Shown here piece by piece: positions 44,751 to 54,658 of a DNA stretch of 64,000 nt (its first letter is position 1; each line of letters starts with the position of its first letter). Position numbers and translations under genes: made by a program. Under the pieces are notes generated by a model. It searched no databases and had not been told where the DNA came from. It worked only from the letters and a program-made list of their open reading frames with translations. The stretch is from Collinsella aerofaciens (GTDB taxonomy: Bacteria; Actinomycetota; Coriobacteriia; Coriobacteriales; Coriobacteriaceae): positions 997 through 64,996 of the forward strand of contig JAXJHR010000061.1 of the NCBI GenBank assembly GCA_036299165.1, given 5' to 3'.

Positions 44751-45488
44751 ATGCAATCCCAGGAATCTCAATCCTTCCCAAAAGCCAGCAGCTTCGACAC
44801 AGCGCTCGTGCGCTCTAAGATCATGGGGCCCAATCCCCTCAAGCTCTGCGAAGAGCTGCTTCGCGATGCACGTATCCCCCGCGGCGCCCGCGTCTGCGAC
44901 CTTGGGTCGGGCACCGGTATCACCAGCGCCCTGCTCGCCCGCGAATATGGGTTTGACACGTACGCTGTCGATCTGTGGAGCGACCCCGAGGAGAACCGCG
45001 CATTCTTCGATTCGCTCGGTATCTCGCGCGACACGATTCATCCCGTTCATGCCGACGCCACGCAGGGCTTGCCGTTTGAGCGTGACTATTTTGATGCGGT
45101 CGTGAGCATCGACTCGTACAACTACTATGGCCGCAATCCGCGCTACTTGGGCGAGCGTCTGCTCCCCTACGCAAAGCAAGGCGGGGTGCTCTACTTAAGC
45201 ATCCCCGGCATGGTCCGCGACTGCCACGGCAATCTGCCCGATTGCCTGCTCAAATCCTGGACACCCGAGCAGCTCGATTACATGCACGACATAGCTTGGT
45301 GGCGCGCCATAATCGAGCCGACCCCCGGTGTCGAGATCGTCTCGATGCAGCCTATGCGCTGCACCAACGAGGCATGGGCAGACTGGCTCGCCTGCGACAA
45401 CGAGTACGCCGCAGGCGACCGCGCCGCCGTTAATGCGGGCGCGCTCGAGTATCTCAACACCATCGCAATCGTGCTGAGGAAGTTCTAA
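44751..45488 (+). CDS. class I SAM-dependent methyltransferase
   Basis: VCDLGSGTGITSALLA (motif I) and VVSIDSYNY. AGGAAAG RBS. Confidence 0.75.
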   Translation: MQSQESQSFPKASSFDTALVRSKIMGPNPLKLCEELLRDARIPRGARVCDLGSGTGITSALLAREYGFDTYAVDLWSDPEENRAFFDSLGISRDTIHPVHADATQGLPFERDYFDAVVSIDSYNYYGRNPRYLGERLLPYAKQGGVLYLSIPGMVRDCHGNLPDCLLKSWTPEQLDYMHDIAWWRAIIEPTPGVEIVSMQPMRCTNEAWADWLACDNEYAAGDRAAVNAGALEYLNTIAIVLRKF

Positions 45489-45494
45489 ACAACA

Positions 45495-45535
45495 GCCGCG
45501 CGAGACCGTAGACATACGGCCTCGCGCGGCTTTTT
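45495..45535 (+). terminator. rho-independent terminator
   Basis: GCCGCGCGAG ... CTCGCGCGGC followed by TTTTT. Confidence 0.7.
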
Positions 45536-45570
45536 CTAAATATGAGTTTTTAAGAGCAGACCCGCAGCAG

Positions 45571-46362
45571 TTACATCCTCACACCGGGCTTGGGATGTTT
45601 GTACTGACCATGGGAGGCCGTTCGCTTGCCGTGCGAGATGGCGAACTTGGGACAGCAGTGCAGGCAGCGCAAGCAGGCGGCGCACTCCGGCTTTGTCCAG
45701 ACGGGAAGCCCGTCACGCATCTCGATCGCCGCCATGGGACAGCGCTTAGCGCAGAGGCCGCAACCGATGCAGAGATCGGCATCGACGGCAAACTTACTCG
45801 TCTGCTGCATGCGCGGCAGCCCAATTGCGTGATACGCGCACGATGCAAACAAAGGCACGCGATGGCGCATCATGTTGCCCGTGCGGCGTGCCCACACCGC
45901 CTCGATCACGGCATCAATCTGCGCCTCGGCAGCTCTATTGATACCCTCAACCTTTTGAGGGTCAGACAGGTCGAAAACAGGCGTCCAGGTATCGGGCATC
46001 TTGACGCTCATCGCCGCATCTAACTCGAGCCCACGCTCGTGTAGCAGATCGCGGGCAAACTTGGCCGATTGGCCGGTCGTCGAACCGTACGTCGAAACAT
46101 AGAACGTATAGGGCTGCTTGCCACCGTTCGCATCGGCGCCATCCGACAGGTCGGCAGTCTTCAAAAACTCGATCATCGGCGTCGGCAGACCCCAGGCATA
46201 CACCGGAGCAACAAATCCCAGTTGGCAGGGACCTTCCGCCAAGGCAAGGCGAAAGGCCTCGGCATCAAAACGCTCAATCGACATAACCCTGTCGTCCGTC
46301 GCCGCCGCAATGCGACGCGCCACATGTTCGCTGTTCCCCGTCGCGCTAAAGTACAGGATCAT
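45571..46362 (-). CDS. flavodoxin-like domain fused to a 2x[4Fe-4S] ferredoxin domain (EFR1-type)
   Basis: MILYFSATGNSEHVA plus CIGCGLCAKRCP and CAACLRCLHCCP. Confidence 0.75.
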   Translation of the reverse strand: MILYFSATGNSEHVARRIAAATDDRVMSIERFDAEAFRLALAEGPCQLGFVAPVYAWGLPTPMIEFLKTADLSDGADANGGKQPYTFYVSTYGSTTGQSAKFARDLLHERGLELDAAMSVKMPDTWTPVFDLSDPQKVEGINRAAEAQIDAVIEAVWARRTGNMMRHRVPLFASCAYHAIGLPRMQQTSKFAVDADLCIGCGLCAKRCPMAAIEMRDGLPVWTKPECAACLRCLHCCPKFAISHGKRTASHGQYKHPKPGVRM

Positions 46363-46399
46363 CTCGTACCCCTCTGGAGTTGACTCACGATTAACCGCG

Positions 46400-47704
46400 C
46401 TACTTGCGCAGCGGCTTGGGCAGTGGAATACCGGCGGCGATAACGGCGGCGATGATCATGCAGACGATACCCTTGAGTGGGAAGCACATGAGCAGCAGGC
46501 CCACAACCATGACAGGCTGACGCATAACGGCGCCCATCGTCGAGGCCGTGCAGACGGCGACGCAAAAGACCGGATCTGCGCCGGTGAGGATGGCAAGGCC
46601 GTAGCCCAGGCTTACGCCCGAGAAGATAACCGGAAAGAAGTGACCGCCGCGCCAGCCCAAGTTGATAAGAGCGGGGGTCAGCATGGCCTTGACCAGACCG
46701 GTCAAAATAAGCACGCCGGCGGGGATGGTCAGGTAGGTTTCCATGAGCACGTCGGCCTGGGTCTCACCGGCAAACATGGTGTAGGGCAGGACCGTGCCGC
46801 AGATGGCGAGCGCCAGACCGGCCAGCATGGCTTTGACGACAGGACGCTCCCCTATTGCATGGGACAGTGCCTCGCTTGCATGCTCAGAGACAAAGTACAG
46901 CCAGCCGCAGACGGTGCCGATCAACGACAGAGGGACGAGCCAGGTAAGCTCTAGGTTGCCCACCTCGGCGGACTCGAACCTGGGCATGCCCATGCCGCCG
47001 CCCACAAGCTGTCCAAGCAGCAGGTAGGTGCCCAGACCGCCGGCAATCGCAATACCGTAGACCACCGTCTTTTGCGCCTTGGGCAGCTTGATGGTGATCT
47101 CGCCGGACGCGGACTCATCGTCGGTGTCTTCACCCTGGCCGTCGGTGCTACCGGCAAGCGGCGCCACAAAGCCAAAGACGGGCGCGGTAAAGAGCGCCGT
47201 CAGGGCAGCTTGGGTGCCCAGCAACGTGAGCTCCCTAAACTCGGCGCCAAAGCGACGCATGCGGTCGCCGACCCAGCTGCACAGACCGGCGATAACGCCG
47301 GTCAGGCCGGCCTCCGGTCCAATGCTTCCGCCAAACAGCAGCGGCAGCAATGCCGCGAGCGAAAGCTTGCCCAGGTTGTCGTACGGGTAGCGCCCGTCTT
47401 GCTTAACCTTAGCCATCACCTGGTTGAGGTCATCGGTCTTGGTGCCTGTCATCTTTTCGTACAGACCGATTAACAGGCCGCCCAGCAGGCAGACAAAAAA
47501 CGGGTACGGCAGAAAGCCAAACGGGCCGCTGGCAAGCTCGGGCGAAGCGACGCCCAGCGCGTGCGGAATCTCGGTCCATAGATAGTCGATACCGTGCTCC
47601 ATCGCAAAAAAGAACAGCCAGACTGCGGCACCCGCGAGTGCACCGGTCACGGCAACGCTGACCAAAAACAGCGCTCGGTTCGTGGGTTTGGCAAGGTTAT
47701 CCAT
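46400..47704 (-). CDS. ClC-family voltage-gated chloride channel/antiporter
   Basis: GGSIGPEAG and GGHFFP selectivity-type motifs, ~10-12 TM segments. GGGAGGA RBS. Confidence 0.8.
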   Translation of the reverse strand: MDNLAKPTNRALFLVSVAVTGALAGAAVWLFFFAMEHGIDYLWTEIPHALGVASPELASGPFGFLPYPFFVCLLGGLLIGLYEKMTGTKTDDLNQVMAKVKQDGRYPYDNLGKLSLAALLPLLFGGSIGPEAGLTGVIAGLCSWVGDRMRRFGAEFRELTLLGTQAALTALFTAPVFGFVAPLAGSTDGQGEDTDDESASGEITIKLPKAQKTVVYGIAIAGGLGTYLLLGQLVGGGMGMPRFESAEVGNLELTWLVPLSLIGTVCGWLYFVSEHASEALSHAIGERPVVKAMLAGLALAICGTVLPYTMFAGETQADVLMETYLTIPAGVLILTGLVKAMLTPALINLGWRGGHFFPVIFSGVSLGYGLAILTGADPVFCVAVCTASTMGAVMRQPVMVVGLLLMCFPLKGIVCMIIAAVIAAGIPLPKPLRK

Positions 47705-47829
47705 CGGGTCCTCCCGCGGTCAAAGTCGACATAGATACGTTTTATTGTAGAGCGAGCGCTGCCCGAACGAGCCAACCACCTGCGCCGCAAACGGCACCAT
47801 TGGGAGCCATAGTGGGGCAGGCTCAAGAC

Positions 47830-48363
47830 TTATCCGTTGATAATCGAGGCAATCTCGCGCAAATCGTCGGCAAAGTAGATGCCGTGCTGGCGCCTCGGGC
47901 TCGAAAGCCCCTTATCAATCATGTGCCCGAGCAACGCCTTGAGGTCGTTGTAGTAACCGTCCAGGTTATACAGGATGCACGGAGAGCTCAGGTGCCCCAA
48001 CGACACCGCGGACATAACCTCGGCAATCTCCTCGAGCGTGCCCGTGCCGCCCGGAAATGCGATGAACGCATCGCCGAGCTCGATCATCTTGGCTTTGCGC
48101 TCGGCCATGTCGCTCGTCACGATAAGGTCGTCGATTCCGTCGTGTTGAAACTCTGCCTCGATAAAAAAGCTCGGCTCCACACCCGTCACATGTCCGCCTG
48201 CCTCGAGTACGCTATCGGCGAGCGCGCCCATCAGTCCCGATTTGGACCCGCCGTATACGAGCGCGTGTCCGTTGGCGCCAATCCAATTGCCCAGCTCCTG
48301 CACCGCGGGCAGAAACGCCGGGTCGTTGCCGACGCTCGCGCCCAGGTACACCGTGATGTTCAT
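47830..48363 (-). CDS. LOG-family (TIGR00730) nucleotide 5'-monophosphate nucleosidase
   Basis: VYGGSKSGLMG and PGGTGTLEE motifs. ATG at 48363 after GAGGGGGA. Confidence 0.85.
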   Translation of the reverse strand: MNITVYLGASVGNDPAFLPAVQELGNWIGANGHALVYGGSKSGLMGALADSVLEAGGHVTGVEPSFFIEAEFQHDGIDDLIVTSDMAERKAKMIELGDAFIAFPGGTGTLEEIAEVMSAVSLGHLSSPCILYNLDGYYNDLKALLGHMIDKGLSSPRRQHGIYFADDLREIASIING

Positions 48364-48399
48364 ATGCAATCCCCCTCGTCGTGACGCGCGGCACCCGTT

Positions 48400-48825
48400 C
48401 TATCGTTGCCGGCGACGGTATTCGCGCACGCGGCGCGACAGATCGGCGAGCTCATCGCGGTCGAGTTCTTCCAAATGCTCAAGATCGTCCATAAAGCGCG
48501 CCATGGTGTCCTTTTGGCGCAGCTTGATAAGCGTATTGCAGTAGTTCACCGCCACGCCCGTAAGCATGGCGATATAGAAGATACTGATGACGCTTAGGAT
48601 AACGGTAATGCCGCGGGCAACCGGCGTTTCAGCGGGGATATCGCCAAAGCCAATCGTCGAGACCGTCTCAAAGCTAAACCAGAGACCATCGCCAAACGTG
48701 AGGGTCGTGGGCTCGGACAGCCAGACAGCCGTCGAGCAAAGCAGATAGAAAATAAGAAACAGGCCCGTAATGCGTGCAAAGCCAGCCTGTCGCAGCACAT
48801 CGGCAAGCGTCCTGAGCTTTTTCAT
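48400..48825 (-). CDS. small two-TM potassium channel (KcsA-like pore)
   Basis: Selectivity filter TVSTIGFGD between two TM helices. ATG at 48825. Confidence 0.75.
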   Translation of the reverse strand: MKKLRTLADVLRQAGFARITGLFLIFYLLCSTAVWLSEPTTLTFGDGLWFSFETVSTIGFGDIPAETPVARGITVILSVISIFYIAMLTGVAVNYCNTLIKLRQKDTMARFMDDLEHLEELDRDELADLSRRVREYRRRQR

Positions 48826-48894
48826 CGCGACCCCTTCCACGGACAACCAATCACGTTCGCTCGGTATTGTCCCACGCCTCCCCAGCAAACGGAA

Positions 48895-48977
48895 CTAGTC
48901 ATTGGGGACGTTCTTAAATGACCAGTCAAACAAGAACGTCCCCAATGACTAGTCGTTTAAGAACGTCCCCGATGACT
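48895..48977. repeat. TAGTCATTGGGGACGTTCTT repeat family, locus B (21-bp stem hairpin plus third copy)
   Basis: CTAGTCATTGGGGACGTTCTT (48895-915) / AAGAACGTCCCCAATGACTAG (48932-52) / AAGAACGTCCCCGATGACT (48959-77). Confidence 0.85.
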
Positions 48978-49036
48978 GCCGGGCGGGAGCGTTTAGCGGT
49001 ACAGCTGCCGACTGGGCAGGCTGAGCTGGTATCCTT

Positions 49037-51874
49037 ATGCGGTATTGTCTCGATTCGTTAGGATTGCATGTGAGAGCTGCCACTGTCCTTCGTTCAGTTA
49101 TATGTCGCGCCCTGGCCATTGTGCTTGCCGCGCTTGCCGCACTGAGTTCCATCGCGCCTGTCCAGGCTTTTGCCGATGACTCTAGTCAGCCAGTCAAGAC
49201 GGTCCGCGTCGGCTGGCTCGTCAACAACGAGGGCTTCCAGAACGGCACCCCCGGCGAGCGTCTCTCGGGATGGGGTTACGAGTACCTCCAGACCCTGTCG
49301 TACTACACGCCCGGCTGGCGGTACGAATACGTCTCCGGCACCTTCACCGAGCTTATGGACATGCTCGAGGCAGGGCAGATCGACCTCATGCCCAACATCT
49401 CCTACTCCGAGGAACGCGCCCAAAAGCTGCTCTTTTCCTCGAACCCCGAGGGCACCGAGCGCTACTACATCTACGCCAGGCCCGACCGTGACGACCTGGC
49501 CAAGGGTGACCCTCAAGCACTCCAGGGTCTCACCATCGGTTACAACTCCGGTGTTATGCAAACCATCGTCGGCCAGCAGTGGCTCGCCAACGAGGGAATC
49601 GCCTGCACATACAGGGAGTATGACGGAGGCTCCGTTCTCTTTGACGCGCTCGCAAACGGCGAGGTCGACGCCATCATCATGAACGACACCATTTCGTCGC
49701 CCGAGGCGTCGCCCATGTTCTACGTCGGTTCGAGCGACTACTACTTTGCCGTTCCCAAAAGCCGCCCCGACCTGATGGACAACATCAACTCCGCAATGGC
49801 GGCAATCAACCGCGTCAACCCCCGCTATAACGACGAGGTCAAATCGAACTATTCAGCGCAAAACAGCGGATCATCCTCGCTCACCGGCGATGAGCGCGCC
49901 TGGCTCAAGGCGAACAACAACACCATCACGCTCGGCTACATTACGGGCAAACTCCCCTACTGCAACGAAGACGAAGACGGCAAAATGGAAGGCTCGCTCG
50001 CATCGCTTGCGACGACGTTGCACGATAAATTTGGCATTACGGTCAAAACCGTCGCCTTTGATAGCTACAAGATGATGTCAAAGGCCCTGTCAAAGGGAAG
50101 CATAGACGTTGCGCTGCCGGTATACCGAGATTACTGGTTTGCCGAGCAAACAGGCGTTGTGCAGTCGATATCGTTGGGGACCATATCCCTCACCGCCATC
50201 CACACCGGCAGCAACCTGAACAAAGACCTTCAGAACATCGCCTGCACCAAATCATCGTTTGTCAACAAAAATGCACTTGAAAGTCTGTTCCCCACAGCGA
50301 CCGTAACCGAATACCAATCCGACGATGAAGCGTTCGACGCCCTCAGGAAGGGAACGGCGCACTGCATCGTCGCTCCCAGTTCACGCGTAAAAACCATCGG
50401 TGACCGTTACGATCTCGAGGACTGCGAGACGACCGAGCTCCCTGACACCTGTGAGATCTCGTGCTGGATTTCGCGCGGAAAACCCGAGCTGTTGGGAATC
50501 ATCAACAAGGGCATCATCAATGCCGGAGAATCGCTCTCCGCAAGCAATTTCTCCTCCACGTCGTACACGGCCCAGGAATCCAACACGCTTCAATTCCTTT
50601 ATCGCAACCGCACCGCCATTGCAGCTACCCTCATCGGTATGTTGTCGGTCGGCATCGTCCTGCTCATCTGGGCGCTCGTGCGCGCTCGAACCGAGCGCAA
50701 AAAAGCCGATGCTGCCAACGCCGCTAAGACGGCATTCCTCACGCGCATGAGCCACGACATCCGTACGCCGCTCAACGGTATCCTGGGCCTTATCGAGATC
50801 GAGGAATTGAAGGAAGGCGATATGCAAGTCGCCCGCGAGAGCCGTGCCAAGGCGCGCGTTGCCGCCAATCACCTGCTCTCGCTGATCAACGACATCCTCG
50901 AGATGGGCAAAATCGAAGACCGCAAGCTAACACTGGAGCATGCGCCTTTTAACCTCAAAGAGCTCTGTGACGATACGCTAGTGCTGTGCAAGCTCCGCGC
51001 GTCCAGTAACGGCATCACAATGCAGGACAATAGTCTGCCGTACGCCACGGGGCCATACATGATCGGCAGTCCCACCCATATCCGACAGATCATGATCAAC
51101 CTGTTAGACAACAGCATTAAGTACAACAAGCACGGCGGCTCCGTCACCTTTAGCTCACAGACCAAGCCACTCGATAACGGGCGCGCGCTCTTTTGCTTTA
51201 GCGTTTCGGATACCGGCATTGGCATGGCTCCCGAGTTTTTAAAGCATATCTATGAGCCGTTTGCCCAAGAAGGTGACGATGCGCGCAGCAAGTTCCAAGG
51301 AACCGGCATGGGCATGCCAATCGTCAAGTCGCTTATTGAACTGATGGGCGGCACCATCGAAGTCACCAGCGAGCTCCATGTGGGCACCACGTTCTACGTG
51401 GAAATTCCGCTCGATATCGACAAGAATCCCCAGGCGCGGGCGAATACGGTCGAGAGGGCGCTCGACTGCTCACTCGCCGACATGAACGTGCTGCTCGCCG
51501 AAGACAACGAATTGAATGCCGAGATTGCCCAGACGCTGCTAGAATCCGAGGGCGTCGTGGTCACCCGCGCCGTCAACGGCAACGAAGTCGTCGATCTGTA
51601 CCTGTCTCATCCCGCCGGCAGCTTCGATGCGATCCTGATGGACATTATGATGCCGGACATGGACGGTTACGAGGCAACCCGCGCGATTCGTCTGAGCGAG
51701 AAGGTCGATGCAGCCGATATCCCCATCATCGCGCTCACCGCCAATGCCTTTGCCGAAGACGCCAAGGCGGCACACGACGCCGGCATGAACGCCCATCTGT
51801 CCAAACCGCTCGACTTTAACAAGCTCAAAAACATACTCGCCCGCATCAAGAAAAACGGATCCGTTTCGCTATAG
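49037..51874 (+). CDS. hybrid sensor histidine kinase with two periplasmic solute-binding (Venus-flytrap) domains and a C-terminal receiver
   Basis: Signal/TM segment, two SBP_bac_3-like repeats, a TM segment, HisKA (MSHDIRTPLNGILG), HATPase (GTGMGMPIVK) and REC (LLAEDNELN...MDIMMPDMDG...K). The start is uncertain. Confidence 0.85.
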   Translation: MRYCLDSLGLHVRAATVLRSVICRALAIVLAALAALSSIAPVQAFADDSSQPVKTVRVGWLVNNEGFQNGTPGERLSGWGYEYLQTLSYYTPGWRYEYVSGTFTELMDMLEAGQIDLMPNISYSEERAQKLLFSSNPEGTERYYIYARPDRDDLAKGDPQALQGLTIGYNSGVMQTIVGQQWLANEGIACTYREYDGGSVLFDALANGEVDAIIMNDTISSPEASPMFYVGSSDYYFAVPKSRPDLMDNINSAMAAINRVNPRYNDEVKSNYSAQNSGSSSLTGDERAWLKANNNTITLGYITGKLPYCNEDEDGKMEGSLASLATTLHDKFGITVKTVAFDSYKMMSKALSKGSIDVALPVYRDYWFAEQTGVVQSISLGTISLTAIHTGSNLNKDLQNIACTKSSFVNKNALESLFPTATVTEYQSDDEAFDALRKGTAHCIVAPSSRVKTIGDRYDLEDCETTELPDTCEISCWISRGKPELLGIINKGIINAGESLSASNFSSTSYTAQESNTLQFLYRNRTAIAATLIGMLSVGIVLLIWALVRARTERKKADAANAAKTAFLTRMSHDIRTPLNGILGLIEIEELKEGDMQVARESRAKARVAANHLLSLINDILEMGKIEDRKLTLEHAPFNLKELCDDTLVLCKLRASSNGITMQDNSLPYATGPYMIGSPTHIRQIMINLLDNSIKYNKHGGSVTFSSQTKPLDNGRALFCFSVSDTGIGMAPEFLKHIYEPFAQEGDDARSKFQGTGMGMPIVKSLIELMGGTIEVTSELHVGTTFYVEIPLDIDKNPQARANTVERALDCSLADMNVLLAEDNELNAEIAQTLLESEGVVVTRAVNGNEVVDLYLSHPAGSFDAILMDIMMPDMDGYEATRAIRLSEKVDAADIPIIALTANAFAEDAKAAHDAGMNAHLSKPLDFNKLKNILARIKKNGSVSL

Positions 51875-51916
51875 TTTGTGCTCAACCACCACGCACGACC
51901 AGAAAGGAAGCCAACG

Positions 51917-52396
51917 ATGTTTAGGCCCTTACGTCGAAAGAAACGCGCCATCACCGACGAGGAAGCGCGCGAACTGCTCGCCACCTGCAAGCGCGGCGTC
52001 TTTGCCGTCAACGGCGACGATGGCTACCCGTACGCCATTCCCGTCAACTACTTCTTTGACGCCGAGCACGACAAGATTTATTTCCATGGCGCCAAGGCTG
52101 GCCACAAGGTCGACGCACTCAAGCGCGATGACAAGGTCTGCTTTACCGTTTACGGCAACGAGTGGTACCAGGACGGCGACTGGGCTCCCTACGTTATGAG
52201 CACCGTCGTCTTTGGCCGTTGTCGCCTGGCGAATGACACCCCCGCGTTTATCGAGGACAAAGTCCGCCAGCTCGCCCTTAAGTACTACCCTTCTGCCGAA
52301 GAAGTCGAAGAGGAAATCGCCAAGGACATTAAGGGCGTCCAGCTCTACGAGATTACGATTGAGCATCTCTGCGGCAAGCAGATTCAGGAAAAGTAA
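51917..52396 (+). CDS. pyridoxamine 5'-phosphate oxidase family protein, Nim (5-nitroimidazole reductase)-like
   Basis: MFRPLRRKKRAITDEEARELL...NGDDGYPYAIPVNYFF...IYFHGAKAGHKVDAL closely follows the Nim-family N-terminal pattern. Confidence 0.7.
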   Translation: MFRPLRRKKRAITDEEARELLATCKRGVFAVNGDDGYPYAIPVNYFFDAEHDKIYFHGAKAGHKVDALKRDDKVCFTVYGNEWYQDGDWAPYVMSTVVFGRCRLANDTPAFIEDKVRQLALKYYPSAEEVEEEIAKDIKGVQLYEITIEHLCGKQIQEK

Positions 52397-52423
52397 GCCC
52401 CTCAGCAGGCCTCATCAATAACA

Positions 52424-52463
52424 ATATGGCCCAGTTCCAACCCACCTTGGAACCGGGCCATAT
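52424..52463. terminator. bidirectional stem-loop
   Basis: ATATGGCCCAGTTCCAA-cccacc-TTGGAACCGGGCCATAT. Confidence 0.6.
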
Positions 52464-52465
52464 GC

Positions 52466-54658
52466 TTATGAAGCGTCGGCGGCGATGTGCGCTAGCGCCT
52501 CGACGAGCTCTTGCGAGCTCACAGTTTTGCTCAGGTGCGCGTTCATGCCCGCCTCACGCGAAAGCCTACGGTCGTCGGCAAAGGCGTTGGCACTCACGGC
52601 GATAATCGGCGTGGTCGCGGCATCCTCGCGATCGAGCGCTCGAATCTGACGCGTGGCCTCAAGGCCATCGATGCCAGGCATCATGATGTCCATCAACACC
52701 ACGTCGTACTCGTGCGGTGCGCTCGCGGTAAACATCTCGACGGCAGACTCACCATCCTTAGCATGCGTCACGATGGCACCGGCACGGCTGAGCGTAAACT
52801 GCGCGATCTCGGCATTCAGATCGTTATCCTCTACGAGCAAAACGCGCAAGCCCTGGAGCGCATCGCCGTCTCCCGCATCCGCGGGAACTGCCTGAGGAAT
52901 CTCGGAGCGGTCGCACTTCTCGAACGGCAGGCGAATGGTAAACGTCGTCCCCTGCCCCAAGACACTCGTAAAGCTCATGGTTCCGCCCATAAGCTCGACC
53001 AGCTGTTTTGCGATAGGCGCGCCCAGGCCAGTTCCCGACGAAGCGCTTTCCACCTGCTGCTCCTCGCGGCAAAACGGCTCGTAGAGGTGCTTTTGGAACT
53101 CCTCGCTCATGCCAATACCGTTGTCGGCGATCGTGTATTCATAGACGGGGACGCCATCCGCTGGCTCCACCTCGCGGCACACCAGGCGGACATAGCCGCC
53201 CTGGCGGTTGTACTTGACGGCATTGCCGGCAATATTGAGCAACAAACGCTTGAGGTGCGTCACGCTCACCCGCGCATAGGGATGATTAAGCGTCTGCTGG
53301 TCGGAGATAATTGTCACCAGACGCTCCTCGGCCTGGCGCTCCAGAATATCGCGCACTTCACAGTTGAGGGCCACCAAATTTATGGGCACGAGGTTCAGGT
53401 CGACCTGCCCGCTCTCCAGGCGACTCATATCCAGGGCCTCGTTGGCAAGGTCGAGCAGCAGTCCCGATGCCGTCCAGATTTTTGAGCGGCACTCAGTCTG
53501 CTTTTGCAGATCGTCCGCATTGGCATCGCCAACCTCGACCATGCCGCGAATGCCGTTGATGGGCGTGCGCAGATCGTGGCTCATGCGACGCAGAAACTCC
53601 GTCTTTGCCGAGTTGGCAGACGAGGCCTCACGCGCCGCCTTTGCCAGCTTGTCGCCATAGTCGCGCTCCTGCTGCAGCAAGTCCGTCAAACGTCGACGAT
53701 CAGCGCGGCGACGCACCGTCACAACAACGGCTATAACACCGCCGTAGAGCACCAGCACGCCGGCGGCAACAGCCGCGGCGACCTCAAAGTAGCGCTGCGC
53801 CGAGGCATAGGTGTACACATAGAATTTGTGCGCTTTTCCAAATGTGCCCAAATACCACTCGCCGTCGGCGTTAACCAATCTGACCTTACCAGCCAGGCAT
53901 CGATCCTTAATACCGTCGACAATAAAGACATCCGTCGCAGGCAGATCGAACACGCCCAATACGGTGGGTTCAACGGCATTGGTCGCAACGACCTTGCCGT
54001 CGCTTTCGATCACGATATTGCCGCTATCGATGGTTTCATAGCCATCAAGCAAGCTCTGCAGTTTGAGTGTATTGCTTGCAACCGCTTTCGCGCTCTGATG
54101 CCTTACCGCGATAACGATGCCCTCGCCATCCTGCCGAGTCACGCAGCCAATGTCTGCGACCGAATCATCCGCAAGCGTGATGCGGGCGGTATAGGACTTA
54201 AGCGGATGAGTTGCCACCTCCAGCACGGGTGATTCTTTGAGATACGTAGCGAGCGACCCGTAGTCCACATCGCCCGTCGAGGACTCGGACACCAAATTGC
54301 CCGATGCGTCCGTCACGATCAGCGCGCTCACGTTGAACTGGTCGGCGTATTGCTCCAGCATGGCGTTATCCACCGAACCGTCGCGCTCCATATCGCGGGC
54401 AGCCTCTCCGGCGATCTCCATAACGCGAATCAGGTTTTTGGTCGTATAGGCGCTGTTGAATGCATCGTAGGAAAGGCTCTGCGTCGCCACGTAATCGACA
54501 ACGTCGGCAAAGCGCTGCTCGGCTTGGGCCGTCGTGTAATCGTAGCTCATCATGCCGGCAACAACCGAGAGCGCTATCCCCAGCAGAGCGACAAGGAGCC
54601 ATGCCCCTGCCGAACGATTGCCCCGCTCCTGAGCAGCGTGGTCGGGCGCATCGATCAT
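52466..54658 (-). CDS. hybrid sensor histidine kinase / response regulator with an extracytoplasmic sensor domain
   Basis: TM, ~270-aa extracellular region, TM, HisKA (MSHDLRTPINGIRG), HATPase (GTGLGAPIAK) and REC (LLVEDNDLN...MDIMMPGIDG). Confidence 0.85.
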   Translation of the reverse strand: MIDAPDHAAQERGNRSAGAWLLVALLGIALSVVAGMMSYDYTTAQAEQRFADVVDYVATQSLSYDAFNSAYTTKNLIRVMEIAGEAARDMERDGSVDNAMLEQYADQFNVSALIVTDASGNLVSESSTGDVDYGSLATYLKESPVLEVATHPLKSYTARITLADDSVADIGCVTRQDGEGIVIAVRHQSAKAVASNTLKLQSLLDGYETIDSGNIVIESDGKVVATNAVEPTVLGVFDLPATDVFIVDGIKDRCLAGKVRLVNADGEWYLGTFGKAHKFYVYTYASAQRYFEVAAAVAAGVLVLYGGVIAVVVTVRRRADRRRLTDLLQQERDYGDKLAKAAREASSANSAKTEFLRRMSHDLRTPINGIRGMVEVGDANADDLQKQTECRSKIWTASGLLLDLANEALDMSRLESGQVDLNLVPINLVALNCEVRDILERQAEERLVTIISDQQTLNHPYARVSVTHLKRLLLNIAGNAVKYNRQGGYVRLVCREVEPADGVPVYEYTIADNGIGMSEEFQKHLYEPFCREEQQVESASSGTGLGAPIAKQLVELMGGTMSFTSVLGQGTTFTIRLPFEKCDRSEIPQAVPADAGDGDALQGLRVLLVEDNDLNAEIAQFTLSRAGAIVTHAKDGESAVEMFTASAPHEYDVVLMDIMMPGIDGLEATRQIRALDREDAATTPIIAVSANAFADDRRLSREAGMNAHLSKTVSSQELVEALAHIAADAS

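Noticed and set aside
44452-44781. 109-aa minus-strand ORF in the lower-GC gap between the EamA-like and methyltransferase genes. Part of it looks protein-like (DIPLDDRDWAKARDAFIVGRYALAGD).
   Set aside because: It overlaps both flanking genes, has no RBS and matches no recognisable family. At most it is a decayed gene fragment.
46960-46990. tRNA-like T-arm sequence (GGACTCGAACC).
   Set aside because: It lies inside the ClC coding sequence and has no acceptor, D or anticodon arms around it.
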